From Veleropilina oligotropha (Eukaryota): 64,000 bases of DNA. The translations under genes were made by a program, and so were the position numbers. Each line of letters opens with the position of its first letter. The first letter of the stretch is position 1. The notes below the pieces were generated by a model. That model saw nothing but the letters and a program-made list of their open reading frames with translations. It was not told the origin of the DNA and made no database searches. The stretch spans positions 124,001-188,000 of the forward strand of contig JBEUKZ010000068.1 of the NCBI GenBank assembly GCA_048128005.1, read 5' to 3'. This document shows, piece by piece, positions 57,335 through 64,000 of the stretch.

Positions 57335-58577
57335 TCCATTCACCAGAACTGCCAAAGTAACTATCAGGTGGAATCATTATATCCAACAGTTACTTCAATA
57401 TATTTCAATTGTGTTGTATCGGAAAAATGTTTATTGCCGGCGTGGGTTCTTCTAATGCTTTAAACTAACAGAAGGGATGGTTTAAAAACTACTTAGCCTT
57501 TCTTCGACATTAAACCAACGTTCTGACTGAAAACTTGTTATTATTATGTGGTCATACAAATAAACTGATTCATATAAAATAAATAGGCAAACATTTTGTC
57601 AATGATCATCGATGTAGGCCGGTGAAATTGAACTTAAAAACATATTTATGTGGTTAAATGTGAATCATCAAATTTTTCAGATGTTGTAGACAACAAACTG
57701 TGATGAAGTTTTGCCAGGTTGAAAATACATTTATTATTTCTTGTATTTTCGACATGCAATAGTATACATTCATTCAATTCTTGGCAAATGTCCATACGCT
57801 TTTAACGCAGAAATAAATCATATAATGTAATCCAGGGCGATATATCAATTGGCGACAGATGAGATTAAGTAATGTTCACTGAAAGTTTGTTAAGGAAAAT
57901 ATTATTCCATATTTGGAAGCTAAAATTAGCCTTATCCCACTGATCACGACAATAGTTGATTCACAAGTAACTCATTACAGTATACATGGAATAAGCAATT
58001 TTTTTCAGTGGGATAAGGGTTCAATCTTTGGAAAAAGTGTACCGGCATTCCCACTATCCTGAATGCGTACACAGAACCTAGATACACGTACCAGCAGTGA
58101 TGCTGCACATGCTGGACACAATGATATTTCGAGAGCAGGTTCCTGACAGGCTTAAATTTTCAGTCACATTGGTTGTTGGCATTGGTTGTTATCGTTGATT
58201 CGAGCTACACGCACAGATCCGTGATAAATAAGCCTGGCTGTGTTGATCCGACCACAGTGGTGATGCAATTGCACACCTCGCCATCCAAAGTTGCTGCCTT
58301 CATCAATGGCACTCCAACCTGTGAAATTTCCACAAATGTGTCGTCTGTTTTCATCCAATAATTGGCAGTTTGAACAAATGAAAATTAAATGGTCATATTA
58401 ATTATGTTATCAAGCTTCAGATAATTCTACAATGGAAAGAAATTTTATAATATATGAGCATGTAGTACTTACACATTTACTGATTATGAAATGATTTCTA
58501 AATAAACGTCTGCCTCGAATAGTCGCCTCCCCCGAGAGCCTCATGAAAAATATAAATGCCTACATATGGTATTTTTA

Positions 58578-61500
58578 CCCGTATTTCCTTGAATACACGC
58601 TCAGGCACTCATTATTTTCACAATACTCTCAGGGGAGGCTATTATTCAAGGCAGGCGTTTATTTTTCAGACATGATTTTAAGAAAAAATGGACTCTCCTA
58701 TTCATGGAAATAAGTCACCAAAAACTACCACAGAAGCGAGCAGTATATGTGTGTATGTATGTTGGCAGACGTCTGAAGGGAGCTGAATGAACTAATACTA
58801 TATCAGTATATGTGTGTATGTTGGCAGACGTCTGAAGGGAGCTGAATGAACTAATACTATATCAGTATATGTGTGCATGTTGGCGGACGTCTGAAGGGAG
58901 CTGAATGAACTAATACTATATCACTATTCAGTATATGTGTGTATGTATGCTGGCAGACGTCTGAAGGGAGCTGAATGAACTAATACTATATCAGTATATG
59001 TGTGTATGTATGTTGGCAGACGTCTGAAGCGAGCTGAATGAACTAATACTATATCAGTATATGTGTGTATGTATGTTGGCAGACGTCTGAAGGGAGCTGA
59101 ATGAACTAATACTATATCAGTATATGTGTGTATGTTGGCAGACGTCTGAAGGGAGCTGAATGAACTAATACTATATCAGTATATGTGTGTATGTTGGCAG
59201 ACGTCTGAAGCGAGCTGAATGAACTAATACTATATCAGTGTATGTATGTATGCTGGCAGACGTCTGAAGGGAGCTGAATGAACTAATACTATATCAGTAT
59301 ATGTGTGTATGTTGGCAGACGTCTGAAGCGAGCTGAATGAACTAATACTATATCAGTATATGTGTGTATGTTGGCAGACGTCTGAAGCGAGCTGAATGAA
59401 CTAATACTATATCAGTATATGTGTGTATGTTGGCAGACGTCTGAAGGGAGCTGAATGAACTAATACTATATCAGTGTATGTATGTATGCTGGCAGACGTC
59501 TGAAGGGAGCTGAATGAACTAATACTATATCAGTATATGTGTGTATGTTGGCAGACGTCTGAAGCGAGCTGAATGAACTAATACTATATCAGTATATGTG
59601 TGTATGTTGGCAGACGTCTGAAGGGAGCTGAATGAACAAATACTATATCAGTATATGTGTGTATGTTGGCAGACGTCTGAAGCGAGCTGAATGAACTAAT
59701 ACTATATCAGTATATGTGTGTATGTATGTTGGCAGACGTCTGAAGGGAGCTGAATGAACTAATACTATATCAGTATATGTGTGTATGTTGGCAGACGTCT
59801 GAAGCGAGCTGAATGAACTAATACTATATCAGTATATGTGTGTATGTTGGCAGACGTCTGAAGGGAGCTGAATGAACTAATACTATATCAGTATATGTGT
59901 GTATGTTGGCAGACGTCTGAAGGGAGCTGAATGAACTAATACTATATCAGTATATGTGTGTATGTTGGCAGACGTCTGAAGGGAGCTGAATGAACTAATA
60001 CTATATCAGTATATGTGTGTATGCTGGCAGACGTCTGAAGGGAGCTGAATGAACTAATACTATATCAGTATATGTGTGTATGTTGGCAGACGTCTGAAGC
60101 GAGCTGAATGAACAAATACTATATCAGTATATGTGTGTATGTTGGCAGACGTCTGAAGCGAGCTGAATGAACTAATACTATATCAGTATATGTGTGTATG
60201 TTGGCAGACGTCTGAAGCGAGCTGAATGAACTAATACTATATCAGTGTATGTATGTATGCTGGCAGACGTCTGAAGCGAGCTGAATGAACTAATACTATA
60301 TCAGTATATGTGTGTATGTTGGCAGACGTCTGAAGCGATCTGAATGAACTAATACTATATCAGTATATGTGTGTATGTTGGCAGACGTCTGAAGCGAGCT
60401 GAATGAACTAATAATATATCAGTATATGTGTGTATGTTGGCAGACGTCTGAAGCGAGCTGAATGAACTAACACTATATCAGTGTATGTGTGTATGTTGGC
60501 AGACGTCTGAAGGGAGCTGAATGAACTAATACTATATCAGTATATGTGTGTGTGTATGTTGGCAGACGTCTGAAGGGAGCTGAATGAACTAATACTATAT
60601 CAGTATATGTGTGTATGTATGTTGGCAGACGTCTGAAGGGAGCTGAATGAACTAATACTATATCAGTGTATGTGTGTATGTATGTTGGCAGACGTCTGAA
60701 GCGAGCTGAATGAACTAATACTATATCAGTGTATGTGTGTATGTTGGCAGACGTCTGAAGCGAGCTGAATGAACTAATACTATATCAGTGTATGTGTGTA
60801 TGTTGGCAGACGTCTGAAGGGAGCTGAATGAACTAATACTATATCAGTGTATGTGTGTATGTTGGCAGACGTCTGAAGGGAGCTGAATGAACTAATACTA
60901 TATCAGTATATGTGTGTATGTTGGCAGACGTCTGAAGGGAGCTGAATGAACTAATACTATATCAGTGTATGTGTGTATGTATGTTGGCAGACGTCTGAAG
61001 GGAGCTGAATGAACTAATACTATATCAGTATATGTGTGTATGTATGTTGGCAGACGTCTGAAGGGAGCTGAATGAACTAATACTATATCAGTGTATGTGT
61101 GTATGTATGTTGGCAGACGTCTGAAGCGAGCTGAATGAACTAATACTATATCAGTGTATGTGTGTATGTTGGCAGACGTCTGAAGCGAGCTGAATGAACT
61201 AATACTATATCAGTGTATGTGTGTATGTTGGCAGACGTCTGAAGGGAGCTGAATGAACTAATACTATATCAGTGTATGTGTGTATGTTGGCAGACGTCTG
61301 AAGGGAGCTGAATGAACTAATACTATATCAGTATATGTGTGTATGTCGGCAGATGTCTGAAGCGAGCTGAATGAACTAATACTATATCAGTGTATGTGTG
61401 TATGTTGGCAGACGTCTGAAGGGAGCTGAATGAACTAACACTATATCAGTGTATGTGTGTATGTTGGCAGACGTCTGAAGGGAGCTGAATGAACTAACAC

Positions 61501-62632
61501 TATATCAGTATATGTGTGTATGTATGTTGGCAGACGTCTGAAGCGAGCTGAATGAACTAATACTATATCAGTGTATGTGTGTATGTTGGCAGACGTCTGA
61601 AGGGAGCTGAATGAACTAACAATATATCAGTGTATGTGTGTATGTTGGCAGACGTCTGAAGGGAGCTGAATGAACTAATACTATATCAGTATATGTGTGT
61701 GTGTTGGCAGACGTCTGAAGGGAGCTGAATGATCTAATACTATATCAGTGTATGTGTGTATGTATGTTGGCAGACGTCTGAAGGGAGCTGAATGAACTAA
61801 TACTATATCAGTATATGTGTGTGTGTATGTTGGCAGACGTCTGAAGGGAGCTGAATGAACTAATACTATATCAGTATATGTGTGTGTGTATGTTGGCAGA
61901 CGTCTGAAGCGAGCTGAATGAACTAATACTATATCAGTATATGTGTGTATGTTGGCAGACGTCTGAAGCGAGCTGAATGAACTAATACTATATCAGTATA
62001 TGTGTGTATGTTGGCAGACGTCTGAAGGGAGCTGAATGAACTAACACTATATCAGTATATGTGTGTATGTATGTTGGCAGACGTCTGAATGGAGCTGAAT
62101 GAACTAATACTATATCAGTATATGTGTGTATGTATGTCGGCAGACGTCTGAAGGGAGCTGAATGAACTAACACTATATCAGTGTATGTGTGTATGTATGT
62201 TGGCAGACGTCTGAAGGGAGCTGAATGAACTAATACTATATCAGTATATGTGTGTATGTATGTTGGCAGACGTCTGAAGGGAGCTGAATGAACTAATACT
62301 ATATCAGTATATGTGTGTATGTATGTTGGCAGACGTCTGAAGGGAGCTGAATGAACTAATACTATATCAGTATATGTGTGTATGTCGGCAGACGTCTGAA
62401 GCGAGCTGAATGAACTAATACTATATCAGTATATGTGTGTATGTATGTTGGCAGACGTCTGAAGCGAGCTGAATGAACTAATACTATATCAGTATATTTG
62501 TATGTATGTTGGCAGATGTCTGTCGCGAGCATTTCAGTGTCTTTATCTTTAAATGGCAAAATACTTTTTTTAGGGGGCGTTTATTCGAGGCAGGCATTTA
62601 TTCAAGACAGGCGTCTATTCAAGGAAATACAG
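58578..62632. mobile_element. Tc1/mariner(pogo)-type MITE inflated by internal satellite
   Basis: TA|CCCGTATTTCCTTGAATACACGC ... GCGTCTATTCAAGGAAATACAG|TA TIRs with subterminal TTATTC(G/A)AGGCAGGC repeats. Confidence 0.7.
58741..62522. repeat. 59/63-bp satellite (CAGTATATGTGTG[TATG]TATGTTGGCAGACGTCTGAAGSGAGCTGAATGAACTAATACTATAT)
   Basis: Tandem units read directly. Confidence 0.97.
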
Positions 62633-62985
62633 TATTCTCAGCAGTTCTAAAAATTTACCATATCATGTTCAGGGCTAGAAATACAAATTTAAAACCACTG
62701 GTCCAATGGACCACCAGGAAGTTTAAACACTGGTCAAATTTGAAATTTAACTTTTTATAAGGTAATGATCAATATCCTGCATATATTATATAGGCTATAA
62801 TAACAAGCGCATCCGAGAGGAAGCATAGTTGAGCCATGTAAAGGCATCGTGGACATACACCACCACGCAGACACACAGACAGCCTCAATACAATAGTTTC
62901 TCCATAAACGGCTCAACTAATAACTTTACAATGTGTGTGATAACAATTAATATTAAGCGGGTATTGTAAAAATCAATGGTCCAAT

Positions 62986-63252
62986 GGAAAGGAAAGGGTC
63001 GATGCTTAATATCCTGTATGTTTCCAACCATCATTTGGTTCAAACCAGGACATGTCCATATTATCACGGGAAGAAAGCCTGGTCGCCCGGGGACACCCGC
63101 CCTCTTCGACCAGTCACAGATAACTGTGATTCATGACTTGAATAAATGTGTGATGCCTCAGCAGGGGATCGAACCCACTACTTTTCGCATCAGCAGAATC
63201 AAGTCAGTGATTTTCGGAATCCACAACCGTACCACTGTACTGTCGAAGCGTC
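62986..63252 (-). mobile_element. SINE family A copy
   Basis: Reverse-complement homology. Confidence 0.8.
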
Positions 63253-64000
63253 CACTGGACCACCATATATTAAAAATGACTGGTTTTCTGCATGCTTATT
63301 TCGATCCCTGCACTATACAGATTTATTTTATAACAATATAATTTGATTGGGTGAAAATTATCGTGTCCTAAAACGTTAATGCTCAACTTATCCTGCGATT
63401 CCGACTGAGTGTGCATATTTTTTCATAATTAATAGTTATTATTTGCCAATCCTTTTAGGTAGTTAGTCGATGATATGTAACTTTTGGATTTATTTATCTA
63501 AAATTAATACCGTATGTTATACTATTTGAACAATTTTTTTTTTTAAATAATAATATTATATTTCCAATTGCCTTGATTTAAAAATAAATTGTAATTTTAG
63601 GGTTTCAGAAAGTACATGACAATGTCCCCACCTAGTGATTGCTATATTGTAAGGCATTTGCAATAAATATAGGCTATCATTATGCAATTGTCGACAAACT
63701 TCACGAAAACTTGGTAAACAACCATGCCATTTTCATTGTCAATGATGATATCCATGAATCCCACAAACCCACCGGCATGATAAATCTGTCTTTAACCAGG
63801 TTTAAGCCATGTTATAATCAGGTAAAATTGACATATATATTTAGTTTAGCCAAAGCGAAACAAATGCTATTTTTTAAAAATTCGTGTAAAACTTACCAAC
63901 CCGGAAGACAACTTGGGTAAAGTCGTGTCTGCCCCGATCGACCATTGGCATTGCGATTTTCCTCGTCGGACGAGGAATAGGCACCCGGTTCATATATGTA

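Noticed and set aside
58020..58361. Possible decayed transposase fragment (HCVQH on minus strand)
   Set aside because: Interrupted by stops and too short to assign without a search
44039..62522. 57-bp and 59/63-bp arrays as CRISPR arrays or coding repeats
   Set aside because: Head-to-tail monomers with point variants only, no spacers
4724..63252. tRNA genes suggested by GGTTCRAAYCC B-boxes
   Set aside because: No cloverleaf; they are heads of dispersed, diverged SINE copies
62670..63311. CAGGG...CCCTG hAT-like MITE ends around a SINE
   Set aside because: Short imperfect TIRs and no matching 8-bp TSD

Overview
Animal (invertebrate-type, AT-rich, repeat-rich) genomic DNA. A + strand, multi-exon PLP-dependent group II decarboxylase gene (GAD/CSAD/GADL1 family) runs across the window. 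Twelve coding exons are recognisable from 1944 to 55095, and both ends of the gene are not visible. Its 28.2-kb intron (26801-55040) holds a 57-bp satellite, apparently amplified from a SINE tail. An apparently intact 16,184-bp Polinton/Maverick-like (adintovirus-like) endogenous virus is inserted in that satellite (27855-44038; AGCAGCAG...CTGCTGCT TIRs, GCCCT target-site duplication). The element encodes a retroviral-type DDE integrase, a probable double-jelly-roll major capsid protein, a penton, an A32/FtsK packaging ATPase and many predicted membrane proteins, but no recognisable adenain protease. Its replication gene is atypical: one 1278-aa ORF joins a helical N-terminus, a Cys/His vOTU-like segment, a divergent exonuclease-less B-family polymerase core, an SF1B (RecD/Pif1-like) helicase and an HNH nuclease. 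Other oddities are tandem PSAP + LYPxL ESCRT-type late-domain motifs, ATGA-coupled genes, and a non-coding left arm with heat-shock/hypoxia-type motifs and hairpins that match the element's own genes. The remainder is SINEs, MITEs and mini/microsatellites. All family calls come from motif recognition by eye; no searches were run.
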